This document shows, in pieces, positions 8,520 through 17,968 of a stretch of DNA of 64,000 nucleotides (its first letter is position 1; each line of letters opens with the position of its first letter). The position numbers and the translations under genes are program-made. The notes beneath the pieces are model-generated. The model was not told where the DNA came from, made no database searches, and saw only the letters and a program-made list of their open reading frames with translations. Source of the stretch: Candidatus Fermentibacteraceae bacterium (GTDB lineage: Bacteria; Fermentibacterota; Fermentibacteria; Fermentibacterales; JCC-6); assembly GCA_041750285.1 (NCBI GenBank), contig JBGSZS010000007.1, positions 192,001 through 256,000 of the forward strand, read 5' to 3'.

Positions 8520-10075
8520 AAAACGGGCTGGCCGACACTGCGCTCGTCCTTCTCATATTCCTGGCGGCCTGGGCAGGTGTGAACCTCCCCATCCTTGGCT
8601 CGCCGCTCGGACGCTACCCTGTTGTGGACGCCCGCTGGCACATGCTTTGGGCTGAAGCGGTCTCCAATGGCGACCTGTTCATCTTCGCCCCCTTTTTCAG
8701 GGCTCCGCTCTACCCCTGGATCCTGGGCGGCTGGTTCAGTCTTTTCGGCCCCGGTGTACTGAGCGGAGCGCTCCTGTCCCTGACAGCCGGTGCCGGAACG
8801 GTCGTTCTGCTGCACCGGACCGGCCTGGCCTTCACCTCGCGCGGTGCCGCCTTTCTCATCGCCGCCCTATGGGCGATATGGGGAACCGCCCTCGTTTACC
8901 AGGGTTTCATGCTTATCGAACCGCTCTACCTGTTCCTGCTCTGCGCCGCTTTCTCCGCCCTTTGCAGAAGGCCCGATTCCCCGGCGCCATGGTTCCTTCT
9001 CGGTCTGGCGTGCATCGCCAGACCGGGGGCGGTTCTTCTGCTGCCGGTCAGCATAATGATGTTCCGTCCCCGGGTCCGGTCATGGGCGGCATGGTTCCTG
9101 CCCGTGGTTTCAGTCTGGGCCGTGAACACCTTTCACGGAGATCCGGGAACGGTCATCTCAAGCCAGGGCGGGATCAACTTCTACGTGGGCTCTGGACCGG
9201 ATGCCGACGGAGTGACCGCCTTTGCGCCCGCAGGCCGGCGTGAGCCTCCGGGTGAACTGCCGTACGTTGACAATGTCTGGGCGGCGAGCCTCGCACCGCT
9301 CTCCACCGACGCAGTTCCATCCACGGTATCCTCATACTGGACCCGCCTCACACTGGAACACATCGTTTCCAGCCCCCCCGGCCACGTTCTCCTGCTTTGC
9401 AGGAAGGCCCTGTTCCTGCTGAGTCCCGTGGAGATACCGTGCAACTACGATGCCTACTACATGGGCCGCATCTCCCCGCTTGCCGGGGTTCTCGTTACCG
9501 GCCCGCCACTGGCGTTTCCCGGCCTTCTGCTCTGGCTGCTGCTGCCGGGGGCCCTCATGGCGGGAAGGGTCGGGGAGCATGAAAAGAGGGTTCTGGCATG
9601 GGTGCTGACACTGGCGGCAGGACTTGCCCCTTTCTTCATCACGGCCAGGTTCAGGCTTCCCATGATACCTTTTGTGCTGCTCTTCGCCGTGCCCAGGTTC
9701 CTCAGGGTCTGGAAGAAGGGTGTTCTGATGGCCCCCCTGGGGGCTGCCCTGGGTGTGGGGCTCGCCGTTCTGACCGGACCGGCCGTCGATACCAGCGGAG
9801 TGAACATGCCCTTTCACGACGGCATGGCCAACTATTCCGCGGGGAACAGGCGGGAAGCACGTTCCCTTTTCATGCAGGCATGGGAACGGGCATCCGGAAG
9901 GACTGACGGGGTTGACCTCAATGGCACCGATGCCCTTTACAACCTTGGGATCATGGACCTCGAGGATGGCAATCCCGAGGGGGCCGTCTTCTGGTTCGGG
10001 AGAGCCCTGGAGTGGAACCCCGGCCACATCCCATCACGCGAAGCCCTTCGAAGCTTGACCCCAGAATGGCAATAG
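8516..10075 (+). CDS. multi-pass GT-C (PMT/ArnT-like) glycosyltransferase with C-terminal TPR
   Basis: Many TM helices; VVDARWH, FFRAPLYP, ARP, SSQGGINFYVG, TARFRLP; TPR-like ALYNLG..ALEWNP. Confidence 0.7.
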   Translation: MKNGLADTALVLLIFLAAWAGVNLPILGSPLGRYPVVDARWHMLWAEAVSNGDLFIFAPFFRAPLYPWILGGWFSLFGPGVLSGALLSLTAGAGTVVLLHRTGLAFTSRGAAFLIAALWAIWGTALVYQGFMLIEPLYLFLLCAAFSALCRRPDSPAPWFLLGLACIARPGAVLLLPVSIMMFRPRVRSWAAWFLPVVSVWAVNTFHGDPGTVISSQGGINFYVGSGPDADGVTAFAPAGRREPPGELPYVDNVWAASLAPLSTDAVPSTVSSYWTRLTLEHIVSSPPGHVLLLCRKALFLLSPVEIPCNYDAYYMGRISPLAGVLVTGPPLAFPGLLLWLLLPGALMAGRVGEHEKRVLAWVLTLAAGLAPFFITARFRLPMIPFVLLFAVPRFLRVWKKGVLMAPLGAALGVGLAVLTGPAVDTSGVNMPFHDGMANYSAGNRREARSLFMQAWERASGRTDGVDLNGTDALYNLGIMDLEDGNPEGAVFWFGRALEWNPGHIPSREALRSLTPEWQ

Positions 10076-10133
10076 GTTAGAAATGCTTGGCTTGGCAAGA
10101 GGTTTTGTAACAACGGTTTCTTCGGAGGTATGA

Positions 10134-12209
10134 ATGCAGGCAGGCGCAGTTTTTACGTACCTGGCCCCTTTTGTCGCCGTGACCACTCTGGTGGTGGCGG
10201 CGCTTGTGTACGCCAGGCTCGCAAAGTACGCCCCGGGCAACGAACTGATGCAGAAGATCGCCGGTTTCATCAGAACCGGTGCAATGGCATACCTGAAAAC
10301 ACAGTACCGGATTCTCATGGTCTTCGTGGTTCTTGTGGCCCTTCTTCTTTTCTTCTTCGTGAACAGGGCCACCTCCATGGCCTTCGTTGCAGGTGCCCTT
10401 CTCAGCATGCTTGCCGGTTACGCCGGCATGAAGGCAGCCACGACGGGAAACGTCAGGACCGCCAACGCCGCCCGGAAGGGCCTCTCAGATGCCCTCGCCG
10501 CCGCATTCGATTCCGGCAGCATAATGGGCTTCGCGGTCGCCGGGTTCGGGCTTCTTGGTGTCAGCGTCTTCTTCCTGGCGTTTCATGATGTCGAGTCGGT
10601 GCGAGCGTTCATTTCGGGCGTCCTCGGGGTCCCGGTATCCCTCGAGAGCCTTGCCGGCTTCGGCATGGGAGCAAGCAGCATCGCCCTCTTCGCCAGGGTG
10701 GGGGGAGGCATCTTCACGAAAAGCGCCGATGTCGGTGCCGATCTGGTGGGAAAGATCGAGGCCGGAATTCCCGAGGACGATCCCCGGAATCCCGCCGTCA
10801 TAGCCGACAACGTGGGTGACAACGTTGGAGACGTTGCGGGAATGGGCGCCGACCTCTTCGAGTCATACGTCGGTTGCATCATCGCCGCAATCGTTCTCGC
10901 CCTGAGCCTTGGCTCCGTTGAACTGAACGGGCTCTTTTCCGCGCCGGGACACGATGCCGCGCACATGGGCCGTCAGACCCTGGTCGGCCTTCCCCTGATC
11001 CTCGCTGCTCTCGGAACCATTGCCAGCCTGGTCGGGGCACTGTTCGTGAAGGTTCTCAGAAGGCAGTCGCCCCAGTCGGTGCTTCGTAACGGGACCTTCG
11101 TAAGTGCTGGCCTCAGTGTTCTGCTGGGAGGGTTCTTCATCATGCAGGCCGGCCTTGTGCCCGGTGTTTTCTGGGCAATGACCAGCGGTGTTCTGGTCGG
11201 CACTGCCATCGGCCTTGTAACCGAGTACTACACGAGCTCCGCCCCGGTCCGCAGGATCGCAGAAGCCACGTCCACCGGCACGGCCACCTCCATCATCGAG
11301 GGGCTGGCCGTTGGAATGGAATCGACCCTGGTCCCCATGGTCCTGATCGCCGCAGCCATACTGGCCAGCCATTATTTCGCTGGCATTTACGGCATCGCCA
11401 TCGCGGCACTGGGAATGCTCATGAACGTGGGCATGACCATGTCGGTTGACGCGTACGGCCCGGTTGCCGACAACGCCGGCGGGATAGCCAGCATGGCCGG
11501 CCTTTCCGAAGAGGTGCGCCGCAGGACCGACAAGCTGGACGCACTTGGAAACACGACCGCCGCCATGGGCAAGGGTTTCGCGATCGGGAGCGCCGCCCTC
11601 ACGGCCCTTGCGCTTTTCACTGCATACGCGCAGGCGGCGGACCTTTCACTGATCGACCTCCTGAGCCCTCACGTCGTCGCCGGCCTTTTGCTCGGGGGAC
11701 TGCTGCCCTTCCTCTTCGCTTCGATCACCCTCAGATCGGTGGGCAGGGCGGCGATGAAGATGGTGACGGAAGTCAGGCGGCAGTTCCGTGAGATAAGGGG
11801 ACTCATGGAGGGAGAGGCCGAACCCGATACGGCGAAATGCGTCGATATAGCCACCAGGGCTGCCCTTACCGAGATGATCCTTCCCGGTCTCCTGGCCGTG
11901 GCAGTTCCCGTTGCGGTCTTCTTCGGGTTCGGCGTCAACGGTCCTGAAACCCTGGGCGGTCTTCTCGCCGGCGCGATCGTGACCGGTGTTCTCCTTGCCA
12001 TCTTCATGAGCAATTCGGGAGGCGCCTGGGACAACGCAAAGAAGTACATCGAGGAGGGGCACATGGGGGGCAAGGGCTCTCCCTGCCACGAGTCCGCGGT
12101 GACGGGAGACACGATAGGAGACCCGTTCAAGGACACGAGCGGCCCCTCGCTGAACATCCTCATCAAACTCATGACCATCGTATCACTGGTTCTTGCCCAG
12201 GTTCGATGA
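10134..12209 (+). CDS. hppA: membrane-bound K+-dependent, probably Na+-translocating, pyrophosphatase
   Basis: [69 protein letters not shown]. Confidence 0.95.
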   Translation: MQAGAVFTYLAPFVAVTTLVVAALVYARLAKYAPGNELMQKIAGFIRTGAMAYLKTQYRILMVFVVLVALLLFFFVNRATSMAFVAGALLSMLAGYAGMKAATTGNVRTANAARKGLSDALAAAFDSGSIMGFAVAGFGLLGVSVFFLAFHDVESVRAFISGVLGVPVSLESLAGFGMGASSIALFARVGGGIFTKSADVGADLVGKIEAGIPEDDPRNPAVIADNVGDNVGDVAGMGADLFESYVGCIIAAIVLALSLGSVELNGLFSAPGHDAAHMGRQTLVGLPLILAALGTIASLVGALFVKVLRRQSPQSVLRNGTFVSAGLSVLLGGFFIMQAGLVPGVFWAMTSGVLVGTAIGLVTEYYTSSAPVRRIAEATSTGTATSIIEGLAVGMESTLVPMVLIAAAILASHYFAGIYGIAIAALGMLMNVGMTMSVDAYGPVADNAGGIASMAGLSEEVRRRTDKLDALGNTTAAMGKGFAIGSAALTALALFTAYAQAADLSLIDLLSPHVVAGLLLGGLLPFLFASITLRSVGRAAMKMVTEVRRQFREIRGLMEGEAEPDTAKCVDIATRAALTEMILPGLLAVAVPVAVFFGFGVNGPETLGGLLAGAIVTGVLLAIFMSNSGGAWDNAKKYIEEGHMGGKGSPCHESAVTGDTIGDPFKDTSGPSLNILIKLMTIVSLVLAQVR

Positions 12210-12222
12210 GAAAGGAACCGAA

Positions 12223-12474
12223 ATGCCCGGCACACTTCCGCTGACAGAAGAGAACGTCCGCGCCGAACTGGAGAAGATCAGACCGATGCTGCAGGGCGAC
12301 GGCGGCGACATAAGGTTCGTGTCACTCGAGGACGGAACCGTCAAGGTCGAGCTTCAGGGGGCATGCAGCGGCTGCGCGTTCGCAGCCCTCACGCTTCAGC
12401 ACAGCGTTGAGCGGAACCTCAGGATGGTTTTCCCCGACCTCAAGAAGGTTGAGAACCTCGCTGCCCTTCGTTAG
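12223..12474 (+). CDS. NifU C-terminal (Nfu) Fe-S carrier domain protein
   Basis: ATG 12223 after AAAGGA; IRPMLQGDGGDI..LQGACSGC. Confidence 0.88.
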   Translation: MPGTLPLTEENVRAELEKIRPMLQGDGGDIRFVSLEDGTVKVELQGACSGCAFAALTLQHSVERNLRMVFPDLKKVENLAALR

Positions 12475-13645
12475 CTCCGACCCCAGAAGGAAAGCCCTCG
12501 AGGTCCTTCTGGGTCTTCGGGAAACCGCTTTCGAACTCTCTCCCCGTGATGAGGCATTCGCCCTGAGGCTTGTCAGGGAAACCACCGTGTGGAGGGCCAG
12601 GCTTGACCACAGCCTGGCCCGCCTTCTGAAAAGACCGATGCAGAAACTGGACGGGAGAATGCTTGCCGTGCTCAGACTCGGAGCAGTCCAGCTTCTCGTC
12701 CTGGGCACACCGGTCCATGCCGCGGTCTCGGAGACCGTGAAGCTCGCAGGCAACCGCGGTGCGGGGGGTCTTGTGAACGCCGTTCTGAGACGCCTGTCAA
12801 CGGAAGGGGAGGAGCCCGGCCTTCCCCTGCACATAAGATGGTCGCATCCTGCCGGGCTGGTTCGGAGATGGTCCGAAAGGTTCGGACCCGAAAAAACTGC
12901 CGACCTTCTCCGCTGGAACAACGAACCCCCCGTACTTGGGGGCTTTGCATTCGAAGAACCGCCACCCGGAGAGCCGGGCCGTTATCTGGATGGTTACAGA
13001 AGGTTCGAACGTGGTGTTCCCCTTCCGCCACCAGGCGTCTTCGTACAGGATGAAGCGGCGGCTATTGTTGCGAGGGTTTTCCGAAACATGCCTGGTGATA
13101 CGGCCCTTGAGATAGGAGCTGCCCCGGGAGGCAAGACCGCGCATCAGCAGGGAACCGTTCTGGTCAGTCTTGACCTGTCCCGGAAAAGGATGGGGAAGTG
13201 GCTGGACAACAGGCGCAGGCTGGGGTGGACCCATGCGCTCCCCGTGATCGGGGACGGGCTGGAACTGCCATTCCGGAGCGGATTTCACAAAGTGTTCGTG
13301 GACGCGCCCTGCTCGAACACGGGTGTTCTTCGCAGACGGCCCGGAGCAAGGTGGCGCTGGTCAACGGCTACTCTGGAATCGCTGCGAAGGACGCAGGAAA
13401 TGCTCCTGAACTCCGCAGCGGAGCACGTTCTTTCCGGCGGGGTCCTCTTCTACGGCACATGCAGCCTTGAACCTGAGGAAAACGAACTTCAGGCCGATGA
13501 TTTCGACGCACGCCATCCGGGTTTTGAAAGGCTTCCCCTTTCATTGCCCGTGACCCTCCTTCGGGATGGCGCGATGTCCTCTTTCCCGCCCGAATCCGGT
13601 GTGGACGGCCTTTACGCAGTTGCCTGGAGACGCACGGTGCAATAG
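12449..13645 (+). CDS. rsmB: 16S rRNA m5C967 methyltransferase (Sun/RsmB; NusB-like + SAM domains)
   Basis: NusB-like LRLGAVQL..AAVSETV..VNAVLR; WSHP; VQDEAA; AAPGGKT; VDAPCS; TCSLEPEEN; start uncertain (12407-12461). Confidence 0.85.
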   Translation: MRTSLPFVSSDPRRKALEVLLGLRETAFELSPRDEAFALRLVRETTVWRARLDHSLARLLKRPMQKLDGRMLAVLRLGAVQLLVLGTPVHAAVSETVKLAGNRGAGGLVNAVLRRLSTEGEEPGLPLHIRWSHPAGLVRRWSERFGPEKTADLLRWNNEPPVLGGFAFEEPPPGEPGRYLDGYRRFERGVPLPPPGVFVQDEAAAIVARVFRNMPGDTALEIGAAPGGKTAHQQGTVLVSLDLSRKRMGKWLDNRRRLGWTHALPVIGDGLELPFRSGFHKVFVDAPCSNTGVLRRRPGARWRWSTATLESLRRTQEMLLNSAAEHVLSGGVLFYGTCSLEPEENELQADDFDARHPGFERLPLSLPVTLLRDGAMSSFPPESGVDGLYAVAWRRTVQ

Positions 13646-13743
13646 CGGCGGGTATCCTTAACAGGAATTGTTACTATATTCCGGAATCGGCTCAATCACG
13701 TTCAGCCCTGGCGGCACGCCACAACGCCAATTGGAGATGGTCC

Positions 13744-15141
13744 ATGGATCAAAGCGCAGTTCCCGTGATCGACCCCGGAAGGATCGAGTCGCTTCTTTCG
13801 AACAGCGGCGTCCCCGAAGCCTCGAGAGCCAGGGAAGCACTTTCCCGTGGTCTGGAGATGAAGGGACTCTCTCCCGAAGACGTAGCATGCCTGGCTTCCG
13901 TATCCGATCCCGTTCTGCTTCAGGAGCTCTACGACGCGGCGAAGAAGGTGAAGGAGACCATTTACGGCAGGAGGCTGGTCATCTTCGCCCCAATGTACAT
14001 TTCGAACCTGTGCGGCAACGAGTGCCTCTATTGCGCCTTCAGGGCGTCCAATCCCGAAATCGTCAGGCGGGCCCTGACCCAGGACGAGATCGCCCGGGAA
14101 ACTGCCATACTCGTTGAACAGGGGCACAAAAGGGTGTTGCTGGTCGCGGGTGAATCGTATCCCCGGGAAGGGTTTGAATACGTACTGAAAAGCATTGCCA
14201 CCGTGTACGGCGTCAGATCGGGAAAGGGCGGGATCCGGCGCATCAACGTCAACGTCGCTCCGCTGACGGCCACCGAGTTCTCGGAGCTGAAGAAGACAGG
14301 GATAGGCACTTACCAGCTCTTTCAGGAGACCTACCATCCCGGGGTTTACGGCAGGGTTCACACCGGCGGGAAGAAAAGGGACTACGCCTGGAGGATCACG
14401 GCGATAGACAGGGCGATGGAGGCGGGCATCGACGACGTGGGGATCGGGGTGCTCTTCGGTCTCAGCCCCTGGGCATGGGAGGTGCAGGCCCTGCTTCAGC
14501 ACATCCGGCATCTTGAGGACAGGTTCGGGGTCGGTCCCCACACTATAAGCGTACCAAGACTGGAACCGGCCACGGGCTCGGACATCGCCGCACACCCTCC
14601 CCATGCGGTGACCGATGTTGACTTCAGGAAGATAGTGGCGATCCTGCGCCTTGCCGTTCCCTACACCGGGATCATCATGTCCACCAGGGAAACCCCTCAC
14701 ATGCGGCGGGAAACCTTCGCTCTGGGTGTGAGCCAGATCTCGGCCGGCAGCCGCACCAACCCGGGAGGATACGCCGGGGGTGAACACGACGAGGACGGCA
14801 GCCAGTTCAGCCTTGGTGACCACAGACCACTGAACGAAGTCATTCGCGATGTTGCCTCGATGGGTTACGTCCCGAGTTTCTGCACGGGCTGCTACCGTCT
14901 GGGCAGGACGGGGAAGGACTTCATGGACCTGGCCAAGCCCGGGGACATAAGGATGCACTGTGATCCGAACGCTGCCAGCACGTTCATGGAATACCTGCTC
15001 GACTATGCGGATCCGGATACGAGGGTGACAGGCGAAGACTGCATCAACGGTTTCCTGGAAAGCATGACGCAGGAGGCAAGGGAGAGGACGGAAGCCATGC
15101 TCGGCGCCGTAAAGGAGGGCAAACGTGACGTCTACTGCTAG
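13744..15141 (+). CDS. hydG: [FeFe]-hydrogenase H-cluster radical SAM maturase HydG
   Basis: CGNECLYC; YQLFQETY; HTISVPRL; second-cluster motif SFCTGCY..MHC, which distinguishes it from ThiH. Confidence 0.95.
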   Translation: MDQSAVPVIDPGRIESLLSNSGVPEASRAREALSRGLEMKGLSPEDVACLASVSDPVLLQELYDAAKKVKETIYGRRLVIFAPMYISNLCGNECLYCAFRASNPEIVRRALTQDEIARETAILVEQGHKRVLLVAGESYPREGFEYVLKSIATVYGVRSGKGGIRRINVNVAPLTATEFSELKKTGIGTYQLFQETYHPGVYGRVHTGGKKRDYAWRITAIDRAMEAGIDDVGIGVLFGLSPWAWEVQALLQHIRHLEDRFGVGPHTISVPRLEPATGSDIAAHPPHAVTDVDFRKIVAILRLAVPYTGIIMSTRETPHMRRETFALGVSQISAGSRTNPGGYAGGEHDEDGSQFSLGDHRPLNEVIRDVASMGYVPSFCTGCYRLGRTGKDFMDLAKPGDIRMHCDPNAASTFMEYLLDYADPDTRVTGEDCINGFLESMTQEARERTEAMLGAVKEGKRDVYC

Positions 15142-16366
15142 GGCGGGTTCATCCCCCCGGTCCTTCAGGCTGCACATAAGCATCTTCGGGCGGAGGAACG
15201 TCGGCAAGTCCAGCATCGTGAACGTCCTTGCGGGGCACCGCGTTTCGATAGTCTCGGATACTCCGGGCACAACCACCGATCCGGTCAAGAAGGCGATGGA
15301 GCTTCTCCCGCTTGGGCCCGTGATCTTCACGGATACCGCAGGGCTCGATGATGAAGGGGAGCTGGGCGCCCAGAGGGTTCAGCGCACCCGGGGTGTCATG
15401 GAGGGGACCGACCTTGCTGTCATAGTCACCGACGCGGACGAGTGGGGGGGCTGGGAAGAGCGGATCGCCGATGATTTCCGCGGAACCGGAATTCCCGTGA
15501 TCGTGGTTCGGAGCAAGATTGACAGCGTTCCGATGTCGGAAGCCTTCCGTGCGGAAATGGAAAAGAGGAAGCTTCCATGGGTGACCGTATCCGCCGTTAC
15601 CGGAGAAGGCGTGGATGACCTCAGGGAAACCCTCATCCGCATTGCGCCCGACGAGTTTGTGAACAGGCCGGCCATCGTGTCCGACCTGCTGCCCGCAGGC
15701 GGCACTGCCGTCCTGGTGATACCCATCGACAAGGAAGCGCCCAAGGGCAGGATAATCCTTCCACAGGTGCAGACCATCAGGGACCTCCTTGACCACGGAT
15801 GCATGGCCCTGGTGACCCAGGACGACCAGCTCGTGAAGGCCCTTGGCAACCTCCGTGAAAAACCTTCGATCGTCGTAACGGACAGCCAGGCTTTTCAAAG
15901 GGTTTCGGCCGACACGCCGGAAGACATCCCGCTCACTTCGTTTTCCATCCTGTTCGCGCGGTTCCAGGGTGACCTCTCCTCGATGGTGAAGGGGGCCACC
16001 GCGATCGACCGGCTCAAACCGGGAGACCGGGTCCTTGTGGCCGAGGCCTGCACCCATCATCCCATTGGCGACGACATCGGTACCGTGAAGATCCCGGACT
16101 GGCTGGGGCGGTACGTGGGGGGTGACCTCGAGTTCGCGTTTCAAAGGGGTTCCGATTTCCCCGCCGACCTCGGTTCGTTCCGTCTCGTGATCCATTGCGG
16201 CGCATGCATGTTCAACCGAAGGACCATGCTGACAAGGATCCAGCGGGCGGAAGCGGCGGGAGTACCGATAACGAACTACGGGCTGACCATCGCCTACAGC
16301 CTCGGGATCTTCGAACGGGCCCTCGGACCCTTCCCGGAAGCCCTGGCTGCCTACCGGAGCATGTGA
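15125..16366 (+). CDS. hydF: [FeFe]-hydrogenase maturation GTPase HydF
   Basis: GRRNVGKSS, GTTTDPV, DTAG, APKGRIILPQ, EACTHH, IHCGACM, TNYG. Confidence 0.95.
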   Translation: MTSTARAGSSPRSFRLHISIFGRRNVGKSSIVNVLAGHRVSIVSDTPGTTTDPVKKAMELLPLGPVIFTDTAGLDDEGELGAQRVQRTRGVMEGTDLAVIVTDADEWGGWEERIADDFRGTGIPVIVVRSKIDSVPMSEAFRAEMEKRKLPWVTVSAVTGEGVDDLRETLIRIAPDEFVNRPAIVSDLLPAGGTAVLVIPIDKEAPKGRIILPQVQTIRDLLDHGCMALVTQDDQLVKALGNLREKPSIVVTDSQAFQRVSADTPEDIPLTSFSILFARFQGDLSSMVKGATAIDRLKPGDRVLVAEACTHHPIGDDIGTVKIPDWLGRYVGGDLEFAFQRGSDFPADLGSFRLVIHCGACMFNRRTMLTRIQRAEAAGVPITNYGLTIAYSLGIFERALGPFPEALAAYRSM

Positions 16367-17442
16367 TGAGCGATCCCACGCGTGAGCAGATCGTATCGAT
16401 GCTGAAGCTCAGAGCCCCTGAGGAACTTGAAGAGCTGAGGCGCAGGGCCGAAGACCTGACCCTTTCGACCCTCGGTAACCGCGTGCACTACCGCGGTCTG
16501 ATCGAGTTCTCCAACATCTGTTCCCTCAACTGCCTCTACTGCGGGATCAGACGTGGGAACAGCGTCCGGAACAGGTACACCGCAACAATGGAACAGATAA
16601 CCGAAGCCGCACGGTGGTGCGCCGGTGTCGGTTTCGGCTCGATCGTGCTGCAGTCCGGCGAGAGAACCGACCCGGCTTTCGTGGATTTCGTGGAGGAAGC
16701 CGTTTTGAAGATTAAAGGCGAAACGGTTTCCCCGAAGCTTCCGCAGGGGCTTGGGATAACCCTGTGCGTGGGTGAGCAATCCCGGGAGACACTGAAGCGG
16801 TTCAGAAAGGCCGGCGCCCACCGTTACCTCCTCCGGATCGAAACGACCAATCCGGGCCTTTTCAGCAGGATACATCCCGGCGAACAGACCCTGGAGAGCA
16901 GGCTGTCGTGCCTGAGGATACTTCGCGAGGAAGGTTTCGCCGTTGGCACGGGCGTCATGATCGGGCTTCCCTGGCAGACCACTGAAATGCTGGCCGATGA
17001 CCTTCTTTTCTACAGGGACAACGACTTCGACATGTTCGGAATGGGCCCCTTCATCCCCCATCACGGTACGCCCATGGGGAATGCGCCCGTCCTTCCCGAC
17101 GGCGAGCGAATGAGGCTGTCCCTTCTGATGATCGGGCTGACCCGGCTTCTCACCGTCACGACCAACATCGCAGCGACGACAGCGCTGCAGGCTCTCGATC
17201 CAACGGGAAGGGAGAAGGGCCTCTCGTGGGGGGCCAATGTGCTGATGCCCTCGGTCACGCCGGGGGAATTCCGGAAGGAGTACCTTCTCTACGATGGGAA
17301 ACCCTGTACCGACGAGAAGAAGGAAGACTGCCTGAACTGCCTGAGAATGCGTGTCGAGATGGCGGGACGGGTTGTGGCCGTTGACGACTGGGGAGATCCT
17401 GTTCACTATAAGGCAAGGGTTGACAACGAAGGGAGCCGGTGA
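16366..17442 (+). CDS. hydE: [FeFe]-hydrogenase radical SAM maturase HydE
   Basis: ATG 16366 overlaps the hydF stop (TGATG); RGLIEFSNICSLNCLYCGIR; RYLLRIET; ATTAL; GANVLMP; YLLYDGKPC. Confidence 0.93.
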   Translation: MSDPTREQIVSMLKLRAPEELEELRRRAEDLTLSTLGNRVHYRGLIEFSNICSLNCLYCGIRRGNSVRNRYTATMEQITEAARWCAGVGFGSIVLQSGERTDPAFVDFVEEAVLKIKGETVSPKLPQGLGITLCVGEQSRETLKRFRKAGAHRYLLRIETTNPGLFSRIHPGEQTLESRLSCLRILREEGFAVGTGVMIGLPWQTTEMLADDLLFYRDNDFDMFGMGPFIPHHGTPMGNAPVLPDGERMRLSLLMIGLTRLLTVTTNIAATTALQALDPTGREKGLSWGANVLMPSVTPGEFRKEYLLYDGKPCTDEKKEDCLNCLRMRVEMAGRVVAVDDWGDPVHYKARVDNEGSR

Positions 17443-17942
17443 TGAGCGCGGAGGCAATCGAGGCCGTAAAGGGGGCCATCCTTCTCGAAAGACGGGGATG
17501 GGCTTTTTACACAAAAGTAGCGGCAGCAACCAGATCCGAGGGTGTGAGGGAAGTCTTCTCATCCATGGCAGAGGAGGAGAAGCGTCACGAAGAAGCCCTT
17601 TCCATCCACTACTCCTCCCTGGTGCGGGATGGGTCTCTTGCGGCGGTTACCACGCTGGGACAGGCCTCTGACATCTCCGGTGAAGTCCTGACCCGCAAAG
17701 TGATTGCGGAGATAGATGCCGCGGGATTCGAGGCTGCGGCCATTTCAGCTGCGATGGCCATGGAGGCTTCTGCGGAAAGGTACTACAGGGAAAAGGCAAC
17801 CGAAGCCGGGACTGAGAGCGGGAAGGACCTCTTCAACTGGCTTGCCGACTGGGAGCACGGGCATCTCGAAACCCTGGCCGACATGGATAGAGCCCTGATG
17901 GAGAGCATCTGGTTCGAGAACGGGTTCTGGCCGGAAATCTGA
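17439..17942 (+). CDS. rubrerythrin-type ferritin-like di-iron protein
   Basis: E..G..FY, EEKRH and WEHGH ExxH motifs; overlaps the hydE stop. Confidence 0.85.
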   Translation: MMSAEAIEAVKGAILLERRGWAFYTKVAAATRSEGVREVFSSMAEEEKRHEEALSIHYSSLVRDGSLAAVTTLGQASDISGEVLTRKVIAEIDAAGFEAAAISAAMAMEASAERYYREKATEAGTESGKDLFNWLADWEHGHLETLADMDRALMESIWFENGFWPEI

Positions 17943-17968
17943 CAGATCCGAATCACGGAGGGGGCCAA

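Noticed and set aside
10076..10133. Second Na+ riboswitch before hppA
   Set aside because: Begins with GGTT but lacks the GUGC..UUAAC and GUUG-hairpin elements
13744..15141. ThiH annotation
   Set aside because: The C-terminal second-cluster Cys motif and adjacent hydF/hydE identify HydG
13702..17562. Long minus-strand ORFs (542, 348, 403 aa)
   Set aside because: Antisense shadows of hydG, hydF and hydE
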